This document shows, piece by piece, positions 34,656 to 47,122 of a DNA stretch of 64,000 bases. The translations under genes were made by a program, and so were the position numbers. How positions within the stretch are numbered: position 1 is the first letter of the stretch; the number at the start of each line of letters is the position of its first letter. The stretch comes from Octopus sinensis (Eukaryota): contig NC_043019.1 of NCBI RefSeq assembly GCF_006345805.1, positions 4,463,360-4,527,359 of the forward strand, given 5' to 3'. The notes below the pieces were generated by a model. The model was not told the origin of the DNA. It did no database searches and worked only from the letters and a program-made list of their open reading frames with translations.

Positions 34656-34988
34656 GGTCCCGGGTTGAGTCGGGGTTAACCACAGTAAATAAGGTACTCA
34701 ATACATAGCAGAGTAAATTCCTGAAGATTTCATTTGAATGAAACAGTTCTAGTCCTGTAGAAGCTCCTTCTATAAAATAAAATAAATATATATATATATA
34801 TATAATATAAAATTAATTAAGGTAGACATTGATATTAGTCAATTAAAACCAGTGGTCTAACATATTAGAAAGAATCCGAAGATTAAAATATTTTTATATA
34901 CCAATTAAGGACTGAACACGAAAAGTGGACAGCCACATGCTAGATATAGACGTCAAATCGCCATTCTCCACAAAGAGTATGTTCTCTA

Positions 34989-35050
<62 letters not shown>

Positions 35051-35110
35051 TGGCCACTATGAGGGCACGAACCCGGATGTGTGTGTATGTGTGTTGTGTG
35101 TGTGTGTGGG

Positions 35111-35143
<33 letters not shown>

Positions 35144-35279
35144 TTAATAACCACCACTACTACTACTTTCTCTACATTGTTTTTTTATATGTACAAAATA
35201 AATATTATTCCGCTTTTACTCCCCCACCTTTTTTCATTCTTTCCTTCCCATTTTCTGCCATCTCTCCCCATTTGCACCA

Positions 35280-35316
<37 letters not shown>

Positions 35317-35722
35317 GTGTGTGTATATACATACATATACATATATACACTTGTCTCTGTCTATCGTCGTGTATAATAATTAGGTCAGAATACTTTTTTT
35401 TTTTGACAGTTTTTAAATCTCTTCTCTGAAACCCCACTCTAAGATTTTAAACACCCGCACACACAATTTCCTCAATTAACAATCTCTCTCTTTTTCTCTC
35501 TCCCTTTTCCTTCCACCCCTGTCTCACCCTCATATTGAACGAGTGCGCATATTAACTAGTCTAGTATTCACATACACACACAATTATATTCAGTCAATTT
35601 CAAACTCTCCCCCACTTTATTACACACAAACATTACACGTTCTCTTTCAGAGTTAGTCATTCATACAAATGAACCTGGTGGCTTCTGTGCGGTTACTTAT
35701 AGCTGCTAGAAATAGCAGTCGT

Positions 35723-36158
35723 GGATCTTTTCGGTTTGAACGGCAGTTTTTTTTTAAATAATTTCCACGTAACTAAACACTTTTAAAAACTTCGTATACT
35801 GGTAGAATGTGTTTATAAAACATCTTTTTCTCTTGGTTTTATTGAGAAAATTCTATGGTTTGTAAGATATTTGTTGTTGTTTTTTTTCTTCAATTTCTGC
35901 AATTTCAACCAATCAATGACGTCTATTAAGGTAAAAAAAAAAACATTCTGTGCCGTATGAATATGTCTCTCGTTTAAGAAACAGATTGGGTTTATTTACA
36001 TTTCTGAAGAAAAAAGATACCCTTCCCCCACCCCTAACTCTAGCTAACCCTAACCCTAAAACATTGAAATGCAATAGATAGATACTAGGGTCATAATTAT
36101 GGGTGACAATTTCATATGACACTGCTAGAAAAAACTGCCGTTCAAACCGAAAAGATCC
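35723..36158. mobile_element. Merlin-like MITE, complete
   Basis: Both ~30-bp TIRs present; TSD imperfect (TAGCAGTC+GT / TAGCTGTC). Confidence 0.8.
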
Positions 36159-36469
36159 TAGCTGTCACCTCATCCTCAAAGCCTACTTTACGTCTTAAAT
36201 AGAGACAGAATGTAGCAGTCCCTGATATACTAAAAGCCGGGGTGGACACAACTAGAATGTCTGATTAGAAATAAGTTCGAGTCAAACAACCTTGTTATTT
36301 TCTCACACAAAATTAATCATTCGCACACCTTGCTTATAGGTGTGTGGTGTGGTGGGGTGGTGGTAAGGGAAGTAACTTTAAAAAAATCAAATGACAAATT
36401 CTGGAGAATCTAGAAAATGTAAGTATAGCAAATGATGTTTTTAAACTAGCAAATGAAATCAACGCACAT

Positions 36470-37197
36470 GGGACCTTTTCAGTTTGAACGGTAGTTTTTT
36501 AAAAATAATTTCCTCGTAACTAAACACTTTTAAAAACTTCGTATACTGGTAGAATGTGTTTATAAAACATTTGGATCTTTTCTATTCTGAAGCCAGTTTT
36601 TTCAAATTTTTCCTACTGAACCAAACAATTTGAAACTTCGTATACTGGTAGAATGTGTCAAAAGTAAACTTAATTGTAAATCAGAATGAAAACGGAATTG
36701 TAACTTCTAAGTTTAACGTTGTTTAATAATTAGAATTTTAACCAATGATATTCCGTCATTCGGCTTTATTTTATTTACTCCGTCTCGACCACCAATTTCG
36801 TGACGTATTAAACATCTTAAATGTAAACAAGCTATAGTCAGCCACCTTCTAATAACAAAAGTTTGTCTTTGAAGTTACCGTCTAGGGGAAGCATTGATGT
36901 ACATGTGTGTGTGTGTGTGTTTGATGGGGTGTGGAGACAGTATGTTGTGTAAGTGAAGTGCTTCTGTTAGTGTGTGTGAAGAGACAGAGAGAGTAATGTG
37001 TGAAAGAGAGAGATAACAGAAATTTTTTACTCGGTGTATGTGTATATGCCTGAATGTATGTGTGTATGTATCTGTGTATGTGTATGTATGTATGTATGTA
37101 TGGCCGATTCAATGTAATTTTTACACATACTTACACACACACACACACATACATACACACACACATGCAGACATACATATACACATACACCGAGTAA

Positions 37198-37235
<38 letters not shown>

Positions 37236-38083
37236 TTAATTTATAAAAATATGGTAAAGTAAAAAAATTACTTAACCACACACCGAGCTTTTTAGAAATA
37301 GCAGCCAAAAATTTCTCAACTGCAAGAAAAAGTCTCCCAGACAATGCATACTCAGAAATAATTCACATACGTATAAGAGAAAAACAACGAAAAATCACAT
37401 GGATTCTCCGATATATGTTATAAAAATATGGATTCTCCGATATAATTTATAAAAATATGGTAAAGTAAAAAAATTACTTTACCACACACAAAGCTTTTTA
37501 GAAATAGCAGACGTCACAAAACTGCTTTCAACGTCACCCTAACAGATCGCAGTAACGTTTTAGATATGAAAACAAGCAATCTCATTGGTTAAAATTCGCA
37601 GTTTTAATCTACGATTAAAGTCATAAAATAGATTTTTCTCAAATAAACTAGTTCCAACTGGCGAATAAACTAGTTCCACTCTATGAGTACACAAAGTTTC
37701 AAATTATTTAGTTAACTAGAAAGATCTGGGGTCCTGGCCACAAATTTGAAAAGATCCAAACATTTTTTTCTCTTGGCTTTATTGAGAAAATTCTATAGTT
37801 TGTAAGAAATTTGTTGTTTTTTTTTCTTCAATTTCTGCAATTTCAACCAATCAATGACGTCTATTGAGGTAAAAAAAACATTCTGTGCCGTATGAATATG
37901 TCCCTCGTTTAAGAAACAGATTGGATTTATTTACATTTCTGAAGAAAAACAGATACCCTTCACCCCCACTCCTAACCCTAAAACAGATTGAAATGCAATA
38001 GATCGATACTAGGGTCATAATTATGGGTGACAATTTCATATGACACCGCTAGAAATAAATGCTGTTCAAACTGAAAAGGTCCC
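36470..38083. mobile_element. Merlin-like MITE (GGGACCTTTTCAGTTTGAAC termini) split by a nested relative
   Basis: Perfect 20-bp TIR; 36470-36572 plus 37766-38083 reconstitute the family sequence. Confidence 0.8.
36573..37757. mobile_element. 1185-bp Merlin-like non-autonomous element with cargo
   Basis: GGATCTTTTC...GAAAAGATCC termini; 8-bp TSD AAACATTT at 36565-36572 and 37758-37765. Confidence 0.8.
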
Positions 38084-38428
38084 AAAGATTTTTTCTATAA
38101 ACGATTTTTGCCTGTTTTCTTCAATAAAATCCTGAGGTATATGTAACCCAACATAGTTGCATGTCTGTATCCAATTAACAAACCAAGTTAACGACTGTGC
38201 CAGCAGTTCACATCCAGAGTCCCACAACCTTAGTTTTATGGATCCGTGAACTGTAAACTGAAATTTTAAAAGACTGCAGTGTAAAAGACATAATCTTTTA
38301 AGTCGGAGACGAAACTGGGACGAGTGTGTTGCAAATAAAATCAACATATTGATTTATTGTCAGACCTTTCAAAAACCTGAACTCTGTGAGAAAATTCATT
38401 TAAATAAAAGAGGCCCTTGGTAACGAAT

Positions 38429-38820
38429 GGTGGAAGCACTCCGTCGGTTACGATGACGAGGGTTCCGGTTGATCCGAATCAACGGAACAGCTTGCTCGTG
38501 AAATTAACGTGTAAGTGGCTGAGCACTCCACAGACACGTGTACCCTTAACGTAGTTCTCGGGGATATTCAGCGTGACACAGAGAGTGACAAGGCCGGCCC
38601 TTTGATGAAATACAGGTACAACAGAAACAGGAAGTAAGAGTGAGAGAAAGTTGTGGTGAAAGAGTACAGCAGGGATCACCACCATCCCCTGCCGGAGCCT
38701 CGTGGAGCTTTTTAGTGTTTTCGCTCAATAAACACTCACAACGCCCGGTCTGGGAATCGAAACCGCGAACCTACGACCGCGAGTCCGCTGCCCTAACCAC
38801 TGGGCCATTGCGCCTCCACT
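38429..38820 (-). mobile_element. S4b tRNA-derived SINE with 13-bp TSD
   Basis: TSD CTTGGTAACGAAT at 38416-38428 and 38821-38833; 3' ~170 bp shared with S4a. Confidence 0.85.
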
Positions 38821-39142
38821 CTTGGTAACGAATAAGTTGGAGACCACAGTCCTATATTAACTGTGACTGTCATAGTTTGCAGACAAGAGGCATTCATTCG
38901 TTTTATGATCACAAAATGAAATTAAGAATATTGACATTGACATTGTTTGGCAATCTCCAGATGGATGTCTTGAGTCGGCGCTCCTCCCGTTTCTCTTTAA
39001 TTTCTTCGACTTCATAAGTTTTTGATAATGGAAATTACGGGGCAGGGAAGCTCTTCAAAATATCTAATTCCCCTCTCCCCATTAATTTTTTTGTTTGTTT
39101 TAATGTGCTTCCTTTTTTGTTTTTCTTTTTCTTTGGTATTTT

Positions 39143-39552
39143 TAAGTTAAGTTAATTTTTGGGCTCAAAAAGCAAAAAGCAAGGCCATGTAGGGGGACAT
39201 GGAGTTATGTACAGGGGTGTTCATGCAAAGAGTTCAGGCCATTTGTGGTCAAGAGAGACTTTGAACCGAGCGGTCATCGGCATCTTCACTATCTCGTCCG
39301 GCAGCTTATTCCACAGATCCGCAACCCAGATGGAGAAAGCCCCTCTCCTTCGATTGAGATGAAATCATCGCAGATAGAGCTTTTCGGAGTGACTCCACAG
39401 CCGACGCTCTGGAGCAGGAGTGAAGAACAGCTCTTTCGAGAGGTTACACTTTCTGCTTATGATGTTGTGAGCAAGAATGAGATCACCACGGCGGCGGCGT
39501 TTTTCTAGAGAATAAAGGTCGAGCGTCTTCAGCCTTTCTTCATAAGACTTGA
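39143..39552 (-). mobile_element. CR1-type LINE 3' end
   Basis: SYEERLKTLDLYSLEKRRRRGDLI..RRGAFSIWVADLWNKLPDEIV..FKVSLD; (TTAAC)n tail; same family as 46906. Confidence 0.88.
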
Positions 39553-39559
39553 CTTGAGA

Positions 39560-39910
39560 CAGTATTCACCTGGGGTGGGTTGAGCTGGCTTCATTCATCC
39601 TCAATGCTGCATCTCTCACAAATGCCGACCAGGCCTGGCGATTTGAGGCTAACGATCGCGTGATCTCCAACCTCTCCTTATTCCAGCAGCAAATACCGTA
39701 GATATGGGGGCCTAGGTTGGGTTCCAGATCAGCCTTGACTGTCTTCAGCCAGGTTTTTCGTTGTCCACCACATCGCTTTCGCCAACCCTGAAGGGGAGCT
39801 GGGGAAATTGCTTCGTGGGTTGGGTTCCAGATCAGCCTTGACTGTCACCAGCCAGGTTTTTCGTTGTCCACCACATAGCTTTCACCAACCCTGAAGGGGA
39901 GCTGGGACAA
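39560..39910 (-). mobile_element. RTE LINE C-terminal remnant with a local ~85-bp duplication
   Basis: LQGWRKRCGGQRKTWLKTVKADLEPNLGPHIYG..SLASNRQAWSAFVRD. Confidence 0.7.
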
Positions 39911-40469
39911 TCGATTCGTAGATGAATTCTCCTGGTTGAATATTTGAATATCCTTCAAATGTTCCTCATGTGCCAGGTATAGAACACCTGTGCTGGTGCC
40001 ACATATTAGCACTGGTGTTGGTGTCACATAAAATGCACCCAGTATTCTCTGTAAAGTGTTTGGCATTAGGAAGGGCACCCAGCTACAGCTAACCCTAACC
40101 CAAAACAGACAGTTGGAGCTTGGTGAGCTCTCTGGTTGGCAAGCACCTGTCAAACTGTCCAACCCATACCAGCATGGAAAACAAACATTAAAGGATGTTG
40201 CTGCTGCTGTTGTTGTTGTTGTTGTTAAGCAACAAGACGGGTAAGGGTGATTAGGTGATGGTCTAGGGCTTAGGGGCGGAAGACCCCAGACCTTGGAAAA
40301 AAAAAACAACTTTTGGTCATCTTGTTGTAGTCGAGGGCTCTTTGTTGATGCCCGACACCACTGGGAGGTGGCCCTTGAAGTCGCTGGAAATGGAGATCTC
40401 CAGGTCCAAATTCTTGAACGGCTGCTGTTGTTGCTGATAATAAGGATTAATGTGATGTTTTGCTTAATT

Positions 40470-41955
40470 CATCATCATCATCGTTTAGCGTCCACTTTCC
40501 ATGCTAGCATGGGTTGGACGGTTCAACTGGGGTCTGGGAAGCCAGGAGGCTGCACCAGGCCCAGTCTGATCTGGCAATGTTTCTACGGCTGGATGCCCTT
40601 CCTAACGCCATGAGTGTAGTGGGTGCTTTTTACGTGCCAGGTGAGGCTGGCAAACGGCCATGATCGGATGGTGCTTTTTACGTGCCACTGGCACAGGTGC
40701 CAGACAAGGCTGGCAAATGGCCACGATCGGATGGTGCTTTTTATGTGCCACCGGCACAGGTGCCAGACGAGGCTGGCAAGCGACCACGATCGGATGGTGC
40801 TTTTTACGTGCCACCGACACAGGTGCCAGACGAGGCTGGCAAACGGCCACGATTGGATGGTGCTTTTTATGTGTCACCGACACAGGTGCCAGACAAGGCT
40901 GGCAAACGGCCATGATCGGATGGTGCTTTTTACGTGCCACCGGCACAGGGGCCAGACGAGACTGGCAATCGGCCACGATCAGATGGTGCTTTTTACGTGC
41001 CATGGGCACAGGTGCCAGACGAAGCTGGCAAACGGCCACGATCGGATGTTGCTTTTTACGTGCCACCGGTACAGGTGCCAGATGAGGCTGGCAAGCGGCC
41101 ACGATCGGTTGGTGCTTTTTACGTGTCACTGGCACAGGTGACAGACGAAGTTGGCAAACGGCCACGATCGGATAGTGCTTTTTATGTGCCACCGGCACGG
41201 GTGCCAGACGAGGCTGGCAAACGGCCACGATCGGATGGTGCTTTTTATGTGCCACCGACACAGGTGCCAGACAAGGCTGGCAAACGGCCACGATCGCATG
41301 GTGCTTTTTACGTGCCACCGGCACGGGGGCCAGACGAGACTGGCAATCGGCCACGATCAGATGGTGCTTTTTACGTGCCACCGGCACGGGTGCCAGACGA
41401 GGCTGGCAATCAGCCACGATCGGATGGTGCTTTTTACGTGCAACCGGCACAGGTGCCAAACGAGGCTGGCAATCAGCCACGATCGGTTGGTGCTTTTTAC
41501 GTGTCACTGGCACAGGTGCCAGACGAAGTTGGCAAACGGCCACGATCGGATAGTGCTTTTTATGTGCCACCGGCACGGGGGCCAGACGGGGCTGGCAAGC
41601 GACCACGATCGGATGGTGCTTTTTACGTGCCACCGACACAGGTGCCAGACGAGTCTGGCAATCGGCCACGATCAGATGGTGCTTTTTACGTGCCACCAGC
41701 ACGGGTGCCAGACGAGGCTGGCAATCAGCCACGATCGGATGGTGCTTTTTACGTGCAACCGGCACAGGTGCCAAACGAGGCTGGCAATCAGCCACAATCG
41801 GATGGTGCTTTTTACATGCCACCGGCACAGGTACCAGACGAGGCTGGCAATCAGCCACAATCGGATGGTGCTTTTTACATGCCACCGGCACAGGTACCAG
41901 ACGAGGCTGGCAAACAGCCACGATCGGATGATGCTTTTTACGTCCCACCGACACA
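40470..41955 (-). mobile_element. S3 element whose core repeat has expanded into a VNTR
   Basis: (CAT)n tail and S3 3' domain at 40470-40620, contiguous with the array. Confidence 0.85.
40670..41930. repeat. 63-bp minisatellite, 20 full units
   Basis: GGTGCTTTTTACGTGCC at 40670, 40733 ... 41930 (20 x 63). Confidence 0.95.
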
Positions 41956-42561
41956 AAAAAATTATTTAGCGGTAATTTATTCTAATGAGATCGTTATTTT
42001 AAATTCATTGCATTTTTTAAGCAGCTGTAATAACACACACACACATGTTTGATTTCTCTTTCTCTTGCCTTCTCCTTCTCTCCTTTGCCGTCTCTTTCTT
42101 GCAGTCTTCCTCGCTCACCTTTTTCTCTTACAATGAAAGTACATCAAGGAAAATGTGAGAAAGCAAAGGTAAAAATAACAACTTACCTGTCTCACTCTCT
42201 CTCATTCTTTCTGTTATTCTCTCCAACCATAGCACTCTATTGCCCCTCGTTTTTCTCACGGATTTTTAGTACAAACATAACCTAGATAACTTACATTCAA
42301 CCTGCATGGCCTTTGTAAGCGGTGACCTTGAAAACATTCTCATCTTAGGATATAAGCAATCTAATTCAACACCATAGATATATAGTCATTGTACGTTGCT
42401 GGGAAACAGTATCGTCTATCTTGTGGTGCATGTTCTTTCAAAGTCATCCGGTCATCAACAATGATTTTCTTCCTTGGCAATTCATAACCTATAAAAATTG
42501 TGTCCGAAAGACTTATTTTTCTCTTTGAAGGAGTCGGAGAATACCTCAGGGTGAAGTTTTG

Positions 42562-43150
42562 GAATAGTTGGGTCTTTACCTTTTGACCGACAGATTTAAA
42601 AAATAATTTTTTGCAACTAAGCACTTTCAAACTTCAGACACTGGTCGAATGTATCAAATAAAACATCTTTTACTCTTAGCATTTTTGAGAAAAGCTTATA
42701 TTTTCAAAGTTATCTTGTGTTAAAGTTGTCCTATTTCAGTAATTTCAACCAATTAATGACGTCTATTCAGCTGAATAAAATTACTGGGATCTTTACCTTT
42801 TCAAACTTCAGACACTGGTAGAACGTGTCATATAAAACATATTTTACTCTTAGTGTTGTTGAGAAAAGTTTATATTTTCAAAGTTATCTCATGTTAAAGT
42901 TGTCGTATTTCGGTAATTTCAACCAATCAATGACGTGTTTTCAGCTGAATAAAATTACTGCTGTTCTTTGTCAACAAGAACTTCCGGCGGTATATATTTC
43001 ATTTGTCACTGTTATGATACCCTTCCCCCACCCTAACCCTAACCCTAAAACAGATTGAAATGTAATAGATTGATACTAAGGTCATAATTATGGGTGACAA
43101 TTTCATATGACACCGCTAGAAAAAAACTGCCGTTCAAACCGAAAAGATCC
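42562..43150. mobile_element. Two joined partial Merlin-like MITEs (related subfamily)
   Basis: Repeated AAACTTCAGACACTGGT blocks; right TIR ends GAAAAGATCC at 43150. Confidence 0.65.
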
Positions 43151-43659
43151 TCCACATCTGCCCAAGTCCACATATTTCTTCTCCTTTGGTCTGGTCTCCC
43201 CTACTGTCCCCTTTATGAAGTGCCTTACTAACCACTGCATTCATTCCCCCACTATCACTAGAACGTCAAACACCCCCATAAATCCCTTCCTGCTAAACAT
43301 TAATTCTATAGCCAGCAACTTCCAGGTGTTCAAGCCTTGACATAAAATATATTTCACTAAAGTTGGTGGCGGGACCGTGATGCAGCCTCCTGTTCTTACC
43401 AGATTAAGCCACAGGTACTAAACATTTTTTTAAAAAAAATATATCAGCCAACAGTGTGCTAGTATTTGAGTTTTACTATTTGTTTCAATCTATCTTTCAT
43501 TTCATATACCTGTCTTGTCTATCTATTTGTGTGTCTACCTGTCTATCTGTCTCTCTGTTTGTCTGTCTCTCTATCAGTCTATTTATCTATCTATCTATCT
43601 ATCTGTCTGTCGGTCTGTCTGTCTATCTATCTATCTATCTATCTATCTGTCTATCTATC

Positions 43660-44298
43660 TAACAAGTGCCTGTCCAACAGTGATTTCATCATCCATACTC
43701 TCAACAATGTGCCCTTAAATATGGTTTCTGATTACAAATATCTTGGGTCATACATATCATCATCTGGAAAAGACTTTCTAACTAGAAAGGGTATGGCCTG
43801 GTCAGCCTGTAATGACATGCATAAGATCTGGTCATCAAATCTAAGTAGAGACTTCAAACTTGAAATCTTCAAAGCCACAGTCAAACCAATTCTACTATAT
43901 GGCTCAGAAACCTGGATGTTATCAAAGAAGCTTGAGAGGCGGTTGGAAGGAACCTACACTCGCCTCCTTATGAGAGCTCAAAATCTCTCATGGAAGCGTC
44001 ATCCAACCAAAATGCAAATATATGGGAAACTACCACCTGTGTCATCCCTTGTGAAAGGTAGAAGAGTCCAGTTTGCTGGACATTGTTGTAGAGCTGAAAA
44101 CGAGGCAATTTCTACTCTTCTCCTCTGGAGCCATATACTCGCAACAAGAGGGCGCACACTCTCCTACCCTGATGTAATCTCCAGGGATACAGGCATCCAG
44201 CAATAGGACCTCTGTAATGCTATGATGGACCGTGAAGTCTGGCGCAGCATGGTAAATTCCATTGTCTTGACCACGGTCGAACAATGATGATGATGATG
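43660..44298 (+). mobile_element. 5'-truncated RTE-clade LINE inserted in a (TATC/TGTC)n microsatellite
   Basis: YKYLGSYI..AWSACNDMHKIW..PILLYGSETW..FAGHC; (TGA)n tail; microsatellite at 43500-43660 and 44300-44530. Confidence 0.9.
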
Positions 44299-44406
44299 AA
44301 TATCTATCTATCTATCTATTTATCTATCTGTCTGTCTGTCTGTCTGTCTATTTATCTATCTATCTATCTGTCTATCTGTCTATCTATCTGTCTATCTATC
44401 TGTCTG

Positions 44407-44437
<31 letters not shown>

Positions 44438-45380
44438 GTCTGTTTGTCGATCTCTTAATCTGTCTGTCTATTTATCTGTCTACCTGTTCGTGTCTGCCTG
44501 TCTAACTATTTATCTGTTTGTCTGTCAATTTGTCTCTTCTGTCAGTCTTAGATTTTTCTCCTCTCCCCCTCCCACCACCTCTCTCATTATTTCTCGAAAA
44601 TTTGTCAAAGCTGGAAAAAAATTTGTCAAAGGCTTGATCTAATTGCAACACAGCAGGACACAAGTCACCGTTGCCAGTGGACCAAGGAATTTCGTTGTCG
44701 ACCTGAAAAACTCCATTAGCGACAGTGGAAGAGAGTGGGGAGGATGGCTACTGATAACCAATTTACCTGTGCATCACTTGACAGCATATTTAACACTCCC
44801 TCATCAAAATACAAAAAAAAAAAAAAAATTAAAGATACCCCTTCCCCAAAATATTTCCTCTTAATCTGTCTGGTGAGGCACCACCCCCCGCTAAGCTCTC
44901 TCCTACCTCTCCATCATTCCACCTAGATTCCTACTCTGACACCTCATCCATTATCTAATCTCATACTCTTTCATTCTCTCATCTCTTCACACCATTCCCA
45001 TCTTCTCTCTGCAGGTTTGGTCTCTTTTTTCATTCCAGTATTCTTTTCTTATTTTTGCCTTTCATTCCTTCTGGGGGGGTTAATCGAATAAAGTACCAGT
45101 CATGTACTGGGGTTAATGTAATTATGTAATTGACTGACACCCTCCCCTCTAAATTTATGGCTTTTTGCTTTTCTTAGAAGCAACTTCTTTTTCTTCTTCT
45201 TCTTCTTCTTCTTCTTCTTCTTCAATTCTTCTTCTTCTTCAATTCTTCTTCAATTCTTCTTCTTCTTCAATTCTTCTTCTTCTTCATCACTTCTTCTTCT
45301 TCTTCTTCTTCAATTCTTCTTCGTCTTCTTCTTCTTCTTCTTCTTCTTCAATTCTTCTTAAACGATGATGATGATTATTA

Positions 45381-45836
45381 AGTGAGAGAGCAGTGCATGC
45401 CATCAAAGTGACACTGGGGTAAAATATACAAAGCCCAATATACCCATCATGACTACCCGTTTGATAAAGGTACACCAGGCACATGCATCACAACCATATG
45501 TGCGTGACATGGTGATCTTATATCAAGATAAACAGCACATGACCTTGCAGGTGGGGCCCAGTTAGAATTTTCTTCTGGTCGAGTAACCCATCCCGCTCAA
45601 AAGGTCCCTGAATAAGGGTTGTTTAAGGATGTTGAACGAACCACCCATGTTTCCAAAGGTGAATTATCCAAACCTCTAACACACAGCTTTGATGCTCCCC
45701 CACTACTTCTGCTTGTGATCAGAGATGCACATATCGTCAGCCACTAAGGGACATGCTCAACTGGTTAAGGTCAAACAACTGACAAGCAAATCTGTGGTAT
45801 TGAGCAGAATATTTACTGTAGCCAATCTTTTATTCT
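45381..45836. mobile_element. ~460-bp non-coding (ATT)n-associated element
   Basis: Same sequence as the 53234 array unit; abuts the Dong/R4 fragment. Confidence 0.8.
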
Positions 45837-46144
45837 TTGGTTCAATCATATAAGATGGTTCAATGATGGGCCTTTTTTCCCACATTGGTAACCCATCTTA
45901 ACTTTCCTAAGTGTCAATGTTATGGGTAATAGTGCAATTACAAATAGTAGCTGAGAAAACAAGTCACCTTGGAAGATTCCCTTTTTAATATTAACTTCTC
46001 CAAGGAATACATTACTTGAATACAATTTAGTTTTCCACTCCTTCATGTTATGCATCAGAAAATTTGTGATATTGTCAGCAACACCAAACACGTGCAGGCA
46101 TTCAATGATCCAAGAATGAGGCATCATATCATATGCCTTCTTAA

Positions 46145-46364
46145 CCCTTTCATTACTGTATTTATTTTGAGATTCTCTGTGTTTCTTTCAATTACTATAA
46201 ATATAACAAAGAATTTAGTAAAATAACTTAGTTATCATTCAGCTAGTGTTAGGAACATAAATTGTGACTAAGGTTTGGTGGAAGATTTTAATTCAAAACT
46301 TATGAAAACAAGACATTTGTACTCAGAGCCAGAGCCAGTTTCAGCTGGGTTGGTAACAAAAGGG
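46145..46364. mobile_element. piggyBac-like MITE
   Basis: TTAA at 46141-46144 and 46365-46368; CCCTTT termini; removal restores AWIDF|KKAYD in the host LINE. Confidence 0.9.
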
Positions 46365-46626
46365 TTAAAATCAATCCAAGCTACAGACATGTTTGTATGA
46401 TGTTTTTTAGAATGCCTCAAAACTGTTTTATCAATGACCAGGTGATCCTTGGTACTCTGAGAACTCTTCCTACATCCTTTTTGTTCCCTTGGTAGTATTT
46501 CTTCCTGTGCCAGGAAAGTATATGTCTTTACTGCACATATTCCAGTGAATATCTGCCAGATTATGTTTAGGGAAGCTATTGGATAATAGGTCCCCACAGT
46601 ATTCCCCTTTCTTCTATCTTTCATTA

Positions 46627-46900
46627 TGTGGTGTGAATGATGAAGAGGACAACAGATAAGGAGAAAGATAATATAATTAGGTCTTACCTCGGCAAAGATT
46701 AGTCTACCAAACTCAGCGAAGATCAGATCTCTCTCAACAAAGTCAATGCGTCTCATCGCTTCCTCGTCTCAGCTCCAACTGCCGCTTCAGTGATGCCACA
46801 CGTGCGTCGTCCCTCACCGCTTCCGCTTCCTGCCGTGCATGCGCCCTGCAAGCCCTACTTCCGCCCTCTCCTATCTGTCGTCCTCTCCACCGACACCACA
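46627..46900. mobile_element. Solo LTR (274 bp)
   Basis: TGTGGTGT...ACACCACA termini; 5-bp TSD CATTA at 46622-46626 and 46901-46905. Confidence 0.85.
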
Positions 46901-46905
46901 CATTA

Positions 46906-47122
46906 TAAGTTAGTTAGTTAATTTTTAGGCTCAAAAAGCAAAAAGCAAGGCCATGTAGGGGGACATGGAGTTATGTACAGGGAGGGTGTTCATGTAAAGA
47001 GTTCAGGCCACTTGTGGTCAAGGGAGACTTTGAACCGAGCGGTCGTCGGCATCTTCACTATCTCGTCTGGCAGCTTATTCCACGGATCCGCAACCCGGAC
47101 GGAGAAAGCCCCTCTCCTTCGA
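46906..47122 (-). mobile_element. CR1-type LINE 3' end
   Basis: RRGAFSVRVADPWNKLPDEIVKMPTTARFKVSLDHKWPELFT*; (TAAC)n tail; close to 39143. Confidence 0.85.

Noticed and set aside
34715-34760. CTGAAGA..GAAAC..GTC hammerhead-like words
   Set aside because: No helix I pairing and poor helices II and III; at best a dead remnant.
36040-36062. CTAACCCTAACCCTAA telomere-like repeat (also ~32225, ~43030)
   Set aside because: Only 2-3 units and a fixed internal part of the Merlin-like MITE.
40602-42052. 450-, 372- and 272-aa repeat ORFs; CRISPR-like regular spacing
   Set aside because: A 63-bp SINE-internal minisatellite with no unique spacers; the ORFs follow from the 21-codon unit.
42181-42490. 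Strong minus-strand donor CAG|GTAAGT and nearby open frames
   Set aside because: No compatible acceptor/frame combination and no recognisable protein.
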